From positions 1-43,255 of the forward strand of contig DATALK010000184.1 of NCBI GenBank assembly GCA_036261085.1: a stretch of DNA of 43,255 nt, given 5' to 3'. The translations under genes were made by a program, and so were the position numbers. Positions 1-8,317 of this stretch are shown here, in pieces. The stretch comes from Phototrophicaceae bacterium (GTDB lineage Bacteria; Chloroflexota; Anaerolineae; Aggregatilineales; Phototrophicaceae). The notes beneath the pieces are model-generated. The model was given only the letters and a program-made list of their open reading frames with translations, was not told the DNA's origin and searched no databases. How positions within the stretch are numbered: the first letter of the stretch is position 1; every line of letters starts with the position of its first letter.

Positions 1-2
1 GG

Positions 3-695
3 CTGCTGGCCGTCGTTCTGCTGCTCGTCGGGGGTTCGCCCCTACGAGCGCAGACCGAGCCGGAATGCCCGAAACCCAAAATTCCTGACGCCGCCTCCAC
101 CTATTATCTGGGCCGTGCTCATGTCGCCCTGGGACGCAGCGATTTTTCGAGAGCGCTGTTATATTACACCTGCGCCCTGGAAACCCAACCAAACGATGCT
201 CCCACTTACGCGAATCGCGGCTTTGCCTACGCCGCCCTCGGTGACAGCGATAGCGCCCTGGGCGACTACACGAAGGCGCTGGAATTAGACGAAGCCTTGA
301 CCAGCGCCTATCTTAATCGCGGCACGCTCTACACCCGCCTCGGCAACTTCGGGCTGGCGCTCACCGACTTTGATCTGGCCGTTGGCCTCAACCCCAACGA
401 CCCCATCGCCTACAACAATCGCGGTGTTGTCCACGCTGCCGAGGGCAATTTTGATCTCGCCATCGCCGATTTCCAGCAGGCGATTCAGTTGAACCCGGAC
501 TATGCCACGCCCTACGCCGCCCTCGGCGCGGTCTATTCCGCCCTGGCCGCGCAGCAGTATCAGAAGTATGTGGACATCAGCGCCGATCAGCGGCTGCCCG
601 CTGGCACACCGGGCGAAGTCCTGACCGCCGTTGATGACAGCCTGCGCACCGGTAACTTTGCCGTCTGGCTGCCGCTGCTGACACCGGCGCCGTAA
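3..695 (+). CDS. Secreted tetratricopeptide-repeat protein, 5'-truncated by window edge
   Basis: Frame of ORF 297..695 stays open back to base 3 (LLAVVLLLVGGSPLRAQTEPEC...), giving a signal-peptide-like start. Repeated TPR motifs YANRGFAY..LGD...AL.DY.KALEL, YLNRG, YNNRG. Confidence 0.85.
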   Translation: MLAVVLLLVGGSPLRAQTEPECPKPKIPDAASTYYLGRAHVALGRSDFSRALLYYTCALETQPNDAPTYANRGFAYAALGDSDSALGDYTKALELDEALTSAYLNRGTLYTRLGNFGLALTDFDLAVGLNPNDPIAYNNRGVVHAAEGNFDLAIADFQQAIQLNPDYATPYAALGAVYSALAAQQYQKYVDISADQRLPAGTPGEVLTAVDDSLRTGNFAVWLPLLTPAP

Positions 696-710
696 GTGAG
701 GACTAAAACC

Positions 711-2432
711 ATGCTCAAACATTGGTTTTTCGGATGGGCGCTGGTGGGACTGCTGTTGTTGGTCACTCCCGCTGCTGCCCAGGATGGCCGGGGCGTCATC
801 ACCATCGTGAACCCGGTTTCAACCGGCGGACTGACCGGTTCACTCAACCCGGCGCTGTGCAATAACAGCGGTTGCCAGACCTTGCTCGATCTGCTGCTGC
901 CAACCCTGTTTGCCCTTGACCCCACGACAGGAACCGTCACCACCGCTGCCGCCGAAAATGTCGGCCTGGTACTTGACCCGGCGCTGCAATCCGGCGATAC
1001 CCAGACTCTTAAACTCCGCCAGGATTTGACCTGGACGGACGGCACGCCCGTCACGGCTTATGATGTCCTCTACACCTACTTGGCGCTGACCAGCCCGGAT
1101 TTTGCTTCGGCTTACCAGAACATTCACAATCAGATTGTCAGCATCGGTATCGTTGACTCGTTCACCCTCACCATCCAGTATCACCGCGCGACCTGCGGCA
1201 CATTTACCCGCGCCAATTTTCCGATCCTGCCTGCACACACCTTTGACTCGGACTTCGCGGCCACGATTACCGCTGCCGGGGCCGCCGTTCGCACCCGTGA
1301 TGAGTGGTATGTCCTCTATCCCCGAAACCGCGTTTATGAAACGATTGTCGGCCACCCTTTTAATGACTTTCCCGCGCCAACGGCGGGCCGCTTCCGCCTG
1401 GATGCAATCCGCCCCGGCCAGGATGTCCGCCTCTCCGCTGGCAACACGGCCTTTGTGTACACCGACTTGCCCGAAGGTTTGAGCGAACTGGATTATTTCC
1501 TGGCGGGCCAATCGAGTCTACTCATCAACCCGCCCGCTGATCGCCGCGACGACCTCCGTGCCACCCCCGGCTTACAAATTGTGGAGTTCCCCGGCTGGTC
1601 GTGGGATTACATCAATTTCACCACCCTTGACCCGAAAGAAGCGTACAAAGCCTTCACCGAGGATGGTCAACTCCGCGACCTGGAACCACACCCGATTTTT
1701 GGTGATGTGCGTGTGCGCCGCGCCGTCCAGATGGCAATTGACGTGAACGAAATTATCGAAATCGCTTTCCAGGGCAACGCCACCCCAATGGCCTCCTATC
1801 TGCCCCCCGCCTCCTGGGCCTACAATCCCGACTTACAGCCCATTGTTTATGATCCCTTCGCCGCTGCGCACCTGCTGGATGAAGCGGGTTGGCGGGATGC
1901 CAACCGGGATGGTGTGCGCGAATGTCGGGACTGTTTATACGCCGAACCGGATTATCCGTTCACCTTCACGCTGCAAGTTCAGGATGGCGGTCAGCGCGAT
2001 ATTGTTTCGCATCTCATCGAGCGCCAGCTTTCCCAGATCGGCATTCAAGTCATCATCGGCGGCCCGACAGATGGGATGGCCGCTGATGCCTACCTCCAAA
2101 GTTCGGACGCGGCATTTGAACGCGCCGACCCGGATCGCCTCCCCATCTCGCTGCGCGATGATACGGCCTTCACCCCCCAAAACAGCTTTGGCTCCTACCC
2201 TAATCCTGAAATTGAAGCCTTAGCGGAACAGGCGCGCACCGTCTCGGCCTGTAATCTCGACCAGCGCGCCAACCTCTACCGGCAGATACAGACGCTTTTA
2301 CAGGTCGATCAGCCTTATGCTTTCCTGTATGTTCGTAATGAGATGGTTGTCGCAGCGCCGGGACTGCTGAACTTTGACCCCTTGCCCGGTAATCCCTACC
2401 GGAACCTGTTGGATTGGGTGGTAACACCATGA
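711..2432 (+). CDS. ABC transporter substrate-binding protein, family 5 (peptide/nickel type)
   Basis: Signal peptide ending AAAQ; motifs LRQDLTWTDGTPVTAYDV, DVRVRRAVQMAID, LLDEAGW, RANLYRQIQ. ATG at 711 (GTG 696 alternative). No permease or ATPase next to it. Confidence 0.85.
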   Translation: MLKHWFFGWALVGLLLLVTPAAAQDGRGVITIVNPVSTGGLTGSLNPALCNNSGCQTLLDLLLPTLFALDPTTGTVTTAAAENVGLVLDPALQSGDTQTLKLRQDLTWTDGTPVTAYDVLYTYLALTSPDFASAYQNIHNQIVSIGIVDSFTLTIQYHRATCGTFTRANFPILPAHTFDSDFAATITAAGAAVRTRDEWYVLYPRNRVYETIVGHPFNDFPAPTAGRFRLDAIRPGQDVRLSAGNTAFVYTDLPEGLSELDYFLAGQSSLLINPPADRRDDLRATPGLQIVEFPGWSWDYINFTTLDPKEAYKAFTEDGQLRDLEPHPIFGDVRVRRAVQMAIDVNEIIEIAFQGNATPMASYLPPASWAYNPDLQPIVYDPFAAAHLLDEAGWRDANRDGVRECRDCLYAEPDYPFTFTLQVQDGGQRDIVSHLIERQLSQIGIQVIIGGPTDGMAADAYLQSSDAAFERADPDRLPISLRDDTAFTPQNSFGSYPNPEIEALAEQARTVSACNLDQRANLYRQIQTLLQVDQPYAFLYVRNEMVVAAPGLLNFDPLPGNPYRNLLDWVVTP

Positions 2433-3430
2433 AAAAATTGCTGTTCTTGCTGTTCCTGTTAGGCTGTTTTACCGGTCTCGTCTCCGCCCAGGAAACCGAA
2501 TCGCGCCTCGTATCGGTTAACGTTGAAAGCGCCTTTGTTCGTATTGCGCCCGATTTTGCCGCTGAACCCGTCGCCTCGCTCTTTGAGCAGGATCGCGTCG
2601 AAGTCGTCAGCCGCAACCTGGACGGAACCTGGTATGAAGTCCGCCGCCCCGGACGGCTGAACAACCTCGGTTGGGTTTTTAACGAAACCCTGAACTGGAA
2701 GTTTAAGCCGGAATTCCTGCCGTTGGGCGACCTCACCACTGGTGTTATCGGGCCACACCCACTGACCGCTGTGCCGCCCTTTGGCGTCTATATGCTGGAA
2801 GAAGCCATCCTGCGCGAACAACCGGGCCGCAGCGCTCCGGCCATCACCAAAGTTCCCTACCTGCTGACCATCCCCGTGCTGGAACGCAATCAGGATGGAA
2901 CCTGGCTGCACGTCAATTACCTGGGTTATGATGGCTGGATTGCCGTCTTTGCCGCCCGCCGCCTGCCCAACGTCATGGACATTCCCGAAGCCCCCGGCCT
3001 GCCCGCGCTCAACGTTCCCGCCGCCGTGATTATCCCGGTGGAAATCCAGCAGGCGCAGATTGATCGGCTGCGCGCGTTTATGAATGACCGTAAGACGTTA
3101 GCGGGTGGCCTGGAAGCCTTCTGGTGGAAAGTTTTCCGGGGCGAAGTCATGCCCTGTGACGCGCCGCCGGAACTGACCTACTATCCCTACGGCGAAGAAG
3201 ACGTGCGCGAACTGCCCGAACTTCAGCGGTATACCCCGCGTGTTATTATCGCCATTGACCTGATGAAAACCGCCCGTGACCCTTTCCTGACCTGCGGTGT
3301 GGTCGCGCCGGAAACCGTCATTGACGCCCGCAACGCGGCCACCAACGCCCGTGTGATTTTTGAAGTCACGCTCGACTCATTGAAGAACCTGGAAGAAAAT
3401 GTCGTCCAGTACCGCCGCCCACGCAAATAG
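2429..3430 (+). CDS. Secreted protein with two bacterial SH3-like domains and a helical C-terminal domain
   Basis: MKKLL signal peptide; AFVRIAP...VVSRNLDGTWYEV..GWV and LREQPG...VLERNQDGTWLHV..YDGWI. ATGA overlap with the upstream stop. Confidence 0.75.
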   Translation: MKKLLFLLFLLGCFTGLVSAQETESRLVSVNVESAFVRIAPDFAAEPVASLFEQDRVEVVSRNLDGTWYEVRRPGRLNNLGWVFNETLNWKFKPEFLPLGDLTTGVIGPHPLTAVPPFGVYMLEEAILREQPGRSAPAITKVPYLLTIPVLERNQDGTWLHVNYLGYDGWIAVFAARRLPNVMDIPEAPGLPALNVPAAVIIPVEIQQAQIDRLRAFMNDRKTLAGGLEAFWWKVFRGEVMPCDAPPELTYYPYGEEDVRELPELQRYTPRVIIAIDLMKTARDPFLTCGVVAPETVIDARNAATNARVIFEVTLDSLKNLEENVVQYRRPRK

Positions 3431-3442
3431 CTATGACCTCAC

Positions 3443-3466
3443 CGGGGCGGCCTCCGTGTCGCCCCG
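3443..3466. repeat. REP-like GC palindrome
   Basis: CGGGGCGG-cctccgtg-TCGCCCCG; the stem resembles the REP at 5095. Confidence 0.5.
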
Positions 3467-3489
3467 CTTTATTGAGGAGATCATTGCCA

Positions 3490-3906
3490 ATGGAAACCAA
3501 ACCAGCTTTACTCAACCTGATTTCGCGTTACTCCCTGGAACCAATCGAGTTGATATTAGAAGGAAAAGCCGACGCGCTGCGACAGCTTGCTGCTATTCTC
3601 GAACAACCAGCATCGTCCCCCTATCATTTGAACCGGCCCGATCACTCACCATCTCCATACACAGGCTTTCTGGAAATCCTTCAGATCATCCAAACTGATA
3701 CTCCCTTACGGGTCAAACGCCAGGAAAACAAGCTGCTTATTATCGGGTCAGAAATCCAATTTATGAATCTGGCTCACCAAGTCCAGTCACTAGCAAACGA
3801 GAGCGAGCGAATATCACCACGCTTACGCCCTCATTTTCACGTCGAATATTATGAGGGCAGCGAAGATGTAATGGCTGATTCAGACCCATTCGTGGTATCT
3901 GCATAA
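3490..3906 (+). CDS. Hypothetical protein, Imm32-like immunity protein
   Basis: GAGGAG RBS before ATG 3490. Pattern ELILEG..DALRQLA ... LLIIGS...LA..V ... HFHVEYY...DS.PFVV resembles the Imm32 family as recalled. Confidence 0.5.
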   Translation: METKPALLNLISRYSLEPIELILEGKADALRQLAAILEQPASSPYHLNRPDHSPSPYTGFLEILQIIQTDTPLRVKRQENKLLIIGSEIQFMNLAHQVQSLANESERISPRLRPHFHVEYYEGSEDVMADSDPFVVSA

Positions 3907-4025
3907 CCTTGAACGAAACTGAGCAATCCCAAGCCAGAAGCTATGGAATAAGGCAACATTGACGCCGCAAATTAAGCGTTTTGTGACCAAAAACTGAAGC
4001 TATCTGACAAATTGCCACCTCCGAC

Positions 4026-4080
4026 AGCCCGCTTAAAGCGGGCTCTGCAATTTCAGCCGGATGGCTTTCAGCATCCGGCG
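4026..4080. repeat. Double-hairpin repeat (REPIN-like) between convergent genes
   Basis: AGCCCGCTTAAAGCGGGCT followed by GCCGGATG-gctttcag-CATCCGGC; homologous to 25335-25391. Confidence 0.7.
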
Positions 4081-4092
4081 GCGCGACCAAAA

Positions 4093-4968
4093 CTATTCCA
4101 GCTTCCCCGCTGCCGCCAGCGCGTCCAGAATGCGCGGGTCGGATCGCCGATCTTCGCTCGCAAAAAATTCGGGCGATGGATACCCCAGATCAATTTGCAG
4201 CATCCCCATCGCTTCGCCGCGCAGCACATCAATCACCACCGCCGCATCAAAACTCAACGAGGATAGGCTCGTCCAGAACGCGCCGGGATAAATCGGCTCA
4301 CCATCCACACAGACCACGAACGGAATACCGCTAACCGGCACTTGCAGCGCTTTCAGCCGTTCCAACGCCGCCGCCGTTACTTCAAATTCATGCGTTTCCG
4401 CCCGGTACACCGTAATGTCTTCCTGGCTAAGAATCGGCTGCGGTGGCAACCTCAATGCGGCCAAATCTGCGTGAGCGACTTCAACCGGCATCAACTGGTC
4501 ATCAGCCAGCAGATAAATCGCCAAGCCTTCCCCGGTTTTTGTCCCCAGCGGGGTCATCATTTCTGCCCATAAGGTCGCCGTCAGGTCAGCCTCTAGCGCA
4601 TTCCCTGCTGTCCCCAGCAGCCAGATTTCCACCGTCCGACCGTCATCCCTGACCCAGCGTGTCCCAGCCTCGGTTTCCAGCTGAATATATCCACCCCAAA
4701 TCATCGTCCGCCGCAGCGAACCACTCTCAAACCGCACCTCAAAACCGCGATAGCCGAGATTATCCGGCATCGCTGCTGCTTCCCCCTCCGGCAGTGTTTT
4801 AAGTATCTGCTGCAACGCCTGTGTCTGGTTGGCGCTTAATGTCCATGTCGGGTCTGGCCGTCCGCTAAAAATCGGCAGCAGAACTACCGCCTTATCATCA
4901 CTTTGCGCCGCCACTTTTCCAACCAGCATCAGAACCAGTGCTACCAATAGCAGTTTTCTCAATCGCAT
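4093..4968 (-). CDS. Secreted hypothetical protein (two apparent domains)
   Basis: GGAG RBS, ATG, signal peptide MRLRKLLLVALVLMLVGKVAAQ; IFSGRPDPTWTL motif; C-terminal PVSGIPFVVCVDGEPIYPGAFW...D.R.DPRI. Confidence 0.75.
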   Translation of the reverse strand: MRLRKLLLVALVLMLVGKVAAQSDDKAVVLLPIFSGRPDPTWTLSANQTQALQQILKTLPEGEAAAMPDNLGYRGFEVRFESGSLRRTMIWGGYIQLETEAGTRWVRDDGRTVEIWLLGTAGNALEADLTATLWAEMMTPLGTKTGEGLAIYLLADDQLMPVEVAHADLAALRLPPQPILSQEDITVYRAETHEFEVTAAALERLKALQVPVSGIPFVVCVDGEPIYPGAFWTSLSSLSFDAAVVIDVLRGEAMGMLQIDLGYPSPEFFASEDRRSDPRILDALAAAGKLE

Positions 4969-5002
4969 CTCAATCTCCTGTCATTCGGCAAAACACGCCC
5001 CC

Positions 5003-5036
5003 AGTCTACCCCCCTTCTGTGACAGAATCATGACAT
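5003..5036 (-). promoter_or_regulatory. Pho-box-like (OmpR/PhoB family) direct repeat plus -10 element
   Basis: Minus strand ATGTCATGATT-CTGTCAC (11-bp period, 5036-5019), 10-nt gap, TAGACT (5008-5003), upstream of ATG 4968. Confidence 0.55.
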
Positions 5037-5094
5037 TCCGGCGACAACCTCGGCACAAAACAATCCGTCTTACCCTGATAAGCTAATCGGTGCT

Positions 5095-5119
5095 GTAGGG
5101 GCGGTTCGTGAACCGCCCC
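5095..5119 (+). repeat. GTAG-family REP palindrome
   Basis: GTA-GGGGCGGTTC-gt-GAACCGCCCC: GTAG foot and a perfect 10-bp stem. Confidence 0.75.
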
Positions 5120-5142
5120 GCTGGTAGTTAGCGAATCAAAAA

Positions 5143-5199
5143 GAGTAAACAAACGTTCGGACAAATGTTTACTCCATCACCCGCGTTTTCCCCTATACT
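5143..5199 (+). promoter_or_regulatory. Possible tandem LexA (GAAC-N4-GTTC type) boxes with a downstream -10
   Basis: AAAC-aaac-GTTC (5147-5158) then GGAC-aaat-GTTT (5159-5170), inside the inverted repeat GAGTAAACA..TGTTTACTC; TATACT at 5194-5199. Confidence 0.35.
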
Positions 5200-5410
5200 A
5201 TCTCTAGCGTTGGATCGAGGGCCAACCCATGTTTTTGTTTTTCGACTAAAGGCTAAAGATGATAGACTGTGTGGCAAAGATGGCAATCTTGGCGGCGGCA
5301 GCCCCCCTCCTCTCTGCCGCTGCTGCAACTTCACCAACCTTTGCGTTATGTTTTTGGCCTTTGCCGCCGCCATCCCCCTCCCCTCTGCCGCCGCCATTTC
5401 AGCTTTTGCG

Positions 5411-6124
5411 CTAGGGGTTGGTATCTGGCTTCTCGAACGTGCCGCCGGTACGGAGCAAACACACCTGCTGCCAATCATAGCGATAGCTCGAATTTGTCCA
5501 GTACGGAGCCACCCGCCAGGTATACGTTCCGGCCTGGAATGGCAGTTTATCGAGGAGGATTTTGGAAGTCCCGGTGGTGCTGTCAAAGGCCCGCCGGGTT
5601 CCATCGGGCGCAATCACGATCACGCTGTAGACATTCGATCCCGTCAGCGTTGGATAGGTAACAGTAAGTTCCTGATCGCCCGCCATAAAATTACCGGCGA
5701 GGCTAAACCCGCCCTGCCATTGCGAACAAATATCGCTGGACAGGTCAAAATCTTCCGGCACACGCCCATTCGCATCACGGGGCAAAATCCGTCCCGTCGG
5801 CGGAATCGAATTAAACGCGATGCTGGTTCGCACCAGGCGTGCATACAACCAGGCCGGACTGCTGCCATATTCAATTTGAACCCACTGGCGTCCATCCCAG
5901 CGCGTGAAAAAATCACCGGCCCGCCCCAGCACCACCACCGACGCATCGCGCGGAAGTTGCCCGATAGCGGAATACGCAAAATCCGGGCCAATGCGCACAT
6001 CAGCCATGTCCACCGTAATCAGACCGTAAATGGTATCAATCGGTTCATCCTGCGCCGCCAGCAGCACAGGCCATAAAAGGGGTATCAAGACCAGAAATAA
6101 GAACCAGAGTCGGCGGTTGGGCAT
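5411..6124 (-). CDS. Secreted SH3-domain protein
   Basis: GGAGG RBS; signal peptide ending LLAAQ; ADVRIGPDFAYSAIGQL...VVVLGR...WVQIEY....WLY. Confidence 0.75.
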   Translation of the reverse strand: MPNRRLWFLFLVLIPLLWPVLLAAQDEPIDTIYGLITVDMADVRIGPDFAYSAIGQLPRDASVVVLGRAGDFFTRWDGRQWVQIEYGSSPAWLYARLVRTSIAFNSIPPTGRILPRDANGRVPEDFDLSSDICSQWQGGFSLAGNFMAGDQELTVTYPTLTGSNVYSVIVIAPDGTRRAFDSTTGTSKILLDKLPFQAGTYTWRVAPYWTNSSYRYDWQQVCLLRTGGTFEKPDTNP

Positions 6125-6245
6125 TGTTCATTTCCTCCTGCATGACGTTTTTATCATTGTAGGTCAGAACGAATTTAACTCACCCAACCGCCAACCACCG
6201 CCAACATGACGCTCGTTTAAAAGCTGACTTGATTAGCCAATTCCT

Positions 6246-6617
6246 TTAGCGAACCGCGCTTTTCATCATCCGAATGCCCAGGTCACGCACCTGGCTGAAA
6301 GTCGCCGGTTTAATCAGGATCAAATCCACATCCGCCCGCACCGCTTCGGCCATCCGCGCATCCGCCGAAGCCACGATAATCCGGGTTTCCTGGAGGCGTT
6401 CATCCGCGCGAACTTGGGCCAACAGTTCGGTTCCGACCACGCGCGGCAGATGTAAGTCCAGCAGGATTAAATCCGGCACCACTTCACCCAAACGAACCTG
6501 CGCTTCATCGCCGGTGGAGATGACCTCCGTTTCATATCCGGCCACTTGCAGGGCCGTCGCAAAAATCGTTGAGGCATCAAAATCATCCTCGATTATCAGG
6601 GCCAGTTTACCGGTCAT
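6246..6617 (-). CDS. Single-domain (CheY-like) response regulator
   Basis: LIIEDD, PDLILLDLHLP phospho-acceptor Asp, VASA, IKP; no output domain. ATGA overlap with the kinase stop. Confidence 0.92.
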   Translation of the reverse strand: MTGKLALIIEDDFDASTIFATALQVAGYETEVISTGDEAQVRLGEVVPDLILLDLHLPRVVGTELLAQVRADERLQETRIIVASADARMAEAVRADVDLILIKPATFSQVRDLGIRMMKSAVR

Positions 6618-8317
6618 TTTGCTTCCTCCTGTACGGGAGCTAAAGGCAGTACGACGGTAAACGTACTACCCTGTCCAACTTCACTCTCTAAATGAATTTC
6701 GCCTTGCAGAAGATGGACTAACTGTTTAACGATGGACAGTCCCAGCCCTGATCCCATCGTATCGCGGGTACTGGGGTCATCTACCTGACGAAACGCTTCA
6801 AAAATGTAGGATTGTGCGTCACGCGGAATGCCCATGCCCGTATCTTTGACCGCCAGTGCCCAATGGGTTTTGTCGGCCAGATACATTCGTACACTGACAC
6901 TCCCCTGTTTAGTGAATTTAACTGCGTTCCCCGTTAAATTCAGCAAAATCTGGCCCAATCGCTGGGCATCACTAACCAGTGTTGTGGGAACTTCCGGTTC
7001 GATCTCACAGGCAAACGTTAACTTTTTATTGGTCGCCAGAATGCTGGCAACCGATTCAACTTCTTTGAGCAAATCCTGTGGGCTGAAGGGCGCCAGATGA
7101 ATGGTGAGGCGGCCTGCTTCAATCTGCGCCTGATCAAGCAGGTTATTAATCAGGCCCAACATACGTTTGGTATTTGCCATCATCCGTTCTACCGTCCCGC
7201 GCTGTTTGGGTGTCAGCGGCCCATAAACCGATTCCAGCAGCATATCCGAATAGCCCAGAATAGCATTTAACGGGGTGCGCAGTTCATGGGACGACATCGA
7301 AAGCAGCGTGCTTTTCATACGATCCAGTTCGGCCTCGCGGGTGAAATCACGGAACACCATGACATTCCCCATAATCCCGCCACCGGGATTGCGCACTGCC
7401 GCAAAACTGACCGATAACATCTTCGCGCCCCAGCGAAATTTCATGCCCGGCTTGGTGAGTTCAGCGCCGGTTAATGCTCGATCCGCCAGGTCACGATCTG
7501 CATCTGCCACATCATCGCGCATCAAGGTTCGAATATCAGAATTCAGAATTTCGGCTTCTGACCGTCCGAGGAGCTGAGCGATGGACGGATTAGCGACAAT
7601 CGCCCGCTTCTGGTTATCAAAAACAATGACGCCATCCGCAATGGATTTCAAAATGGCCTGGTTACGCCCCGACTCAATTTGTTCGCGCCACAGGGCTTCC
7701 GAAAGGTCTTTTGTACGTTGAGCGACCCGCTGATCAAGTTCATAGTTAACAATTCGCAATTCGCGGAGCGCCTGTTCCAGGCTGCGGGCCGATAACCAGG
7801 AAACCAATGCCACGATAAAAAATGCTAAAATTATGGGAAGATTAGGCACATAATTGATGCTGAGCGCAATCCCGATACTTAACAGGCTACTCAACCCGGC
7901 GAACAAAAAACTTGTCCAGGGCCGCAGCAAAACACTTGCCATCAGCGTGGGAATAACAAAAATAAAAACGCTCCGACCAGCAATGACCTGAGATGGCTCG
8001 TCCGAAAAGACGGCCAACAAAGTGAACAGGAGCAAAAACACGATACTGGCAATCGTTCCTGAGTAATAACGATTAATCAGGAAAATGATAATTATGCCGA
8101 TTATCGCCACCACACCTGTACCGTATAGCAGCGCAATTTCCAACTCACTGCCGGTCACTCCGGTCAAGGCAATCACCACTGTCGCCCCAATAAGCATCAC
8201 AACGACTACGCCTAAGAGGCCGAGCAGCAGAATACTAAGCAGTTTTCGACGGCGGGCATCCTCCGGGTCAGTTGTCGGAATCTCTAACCACCGCTGTAGC
8301 ACAGCAGAAATTAACAC
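6614..8317 (-). CDS. Membrane sensor histidine kinase (about 6 TM + PAS + HisKA + HATPase)
   Basis: SIADGVIVFD..IVANP (PAS); SHELRTPLNAI H-box; NLTGNAVKFT, DTGMGIP, GSGLGLSIV. GTG start with GGAG RBS overlaps the cyclase stop by 7 nt. Confidence 0.93.
   Translation of the reverse strand: MLISAVLQRWLEIPTTDPEDARRRKLLSILLLGLLGVVVVMLIGATVVIALTGVTGSELEIALLYGTGVVAIIGIIIIFLINRYYSGTIASIVFLLLFTLLAVFSDEPSQVIAGRSVFIFVIPTLMASVLLRPWTSFLFAGLSSLLSIGIALSINYVPNLPIILAFFIVALVSWLSARSLEQALRELRIVNYELDQRVAQRTKDLSEALWREQIESGRNQAILKSIADGVIVFDNQKRAIVANPSIAQLLGRSEAEILNSDIRTLMRDDVADADRDLADRALTGAELTKPGMKFRWGAKMLSVSFAAVRNPGGGIMGNVMVFRDFTREAELDRMKSTLLSMSSHELRTPLNAILGYSDMLLESVYGPLTPKQRGTVERMMANTKRMLGLINNLLDQAQIEAGRLTIHLAPFSPQDLLKEVESVASILATNKKLTFACEIEPEVPTTLVSDAQRLGQILLNLTGNAVKFTKQGSVSVRMYLADKTHWALAVKDTGMGIPRDAQSYIFEAFRQVDDPSTRDTMGSGLGLSIVKQLVHLLQGEIHLESEVGQGSTFTVVLPLAPVQEEAK

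Noticed and set aside
5165-6076. 303-aa plus-strand ORF (and 5128..5613 minus)
   Set aside because: Shadow ORFs of the SH3 gene 5411-6124, which has an RBS, signal peptide and domain motif.
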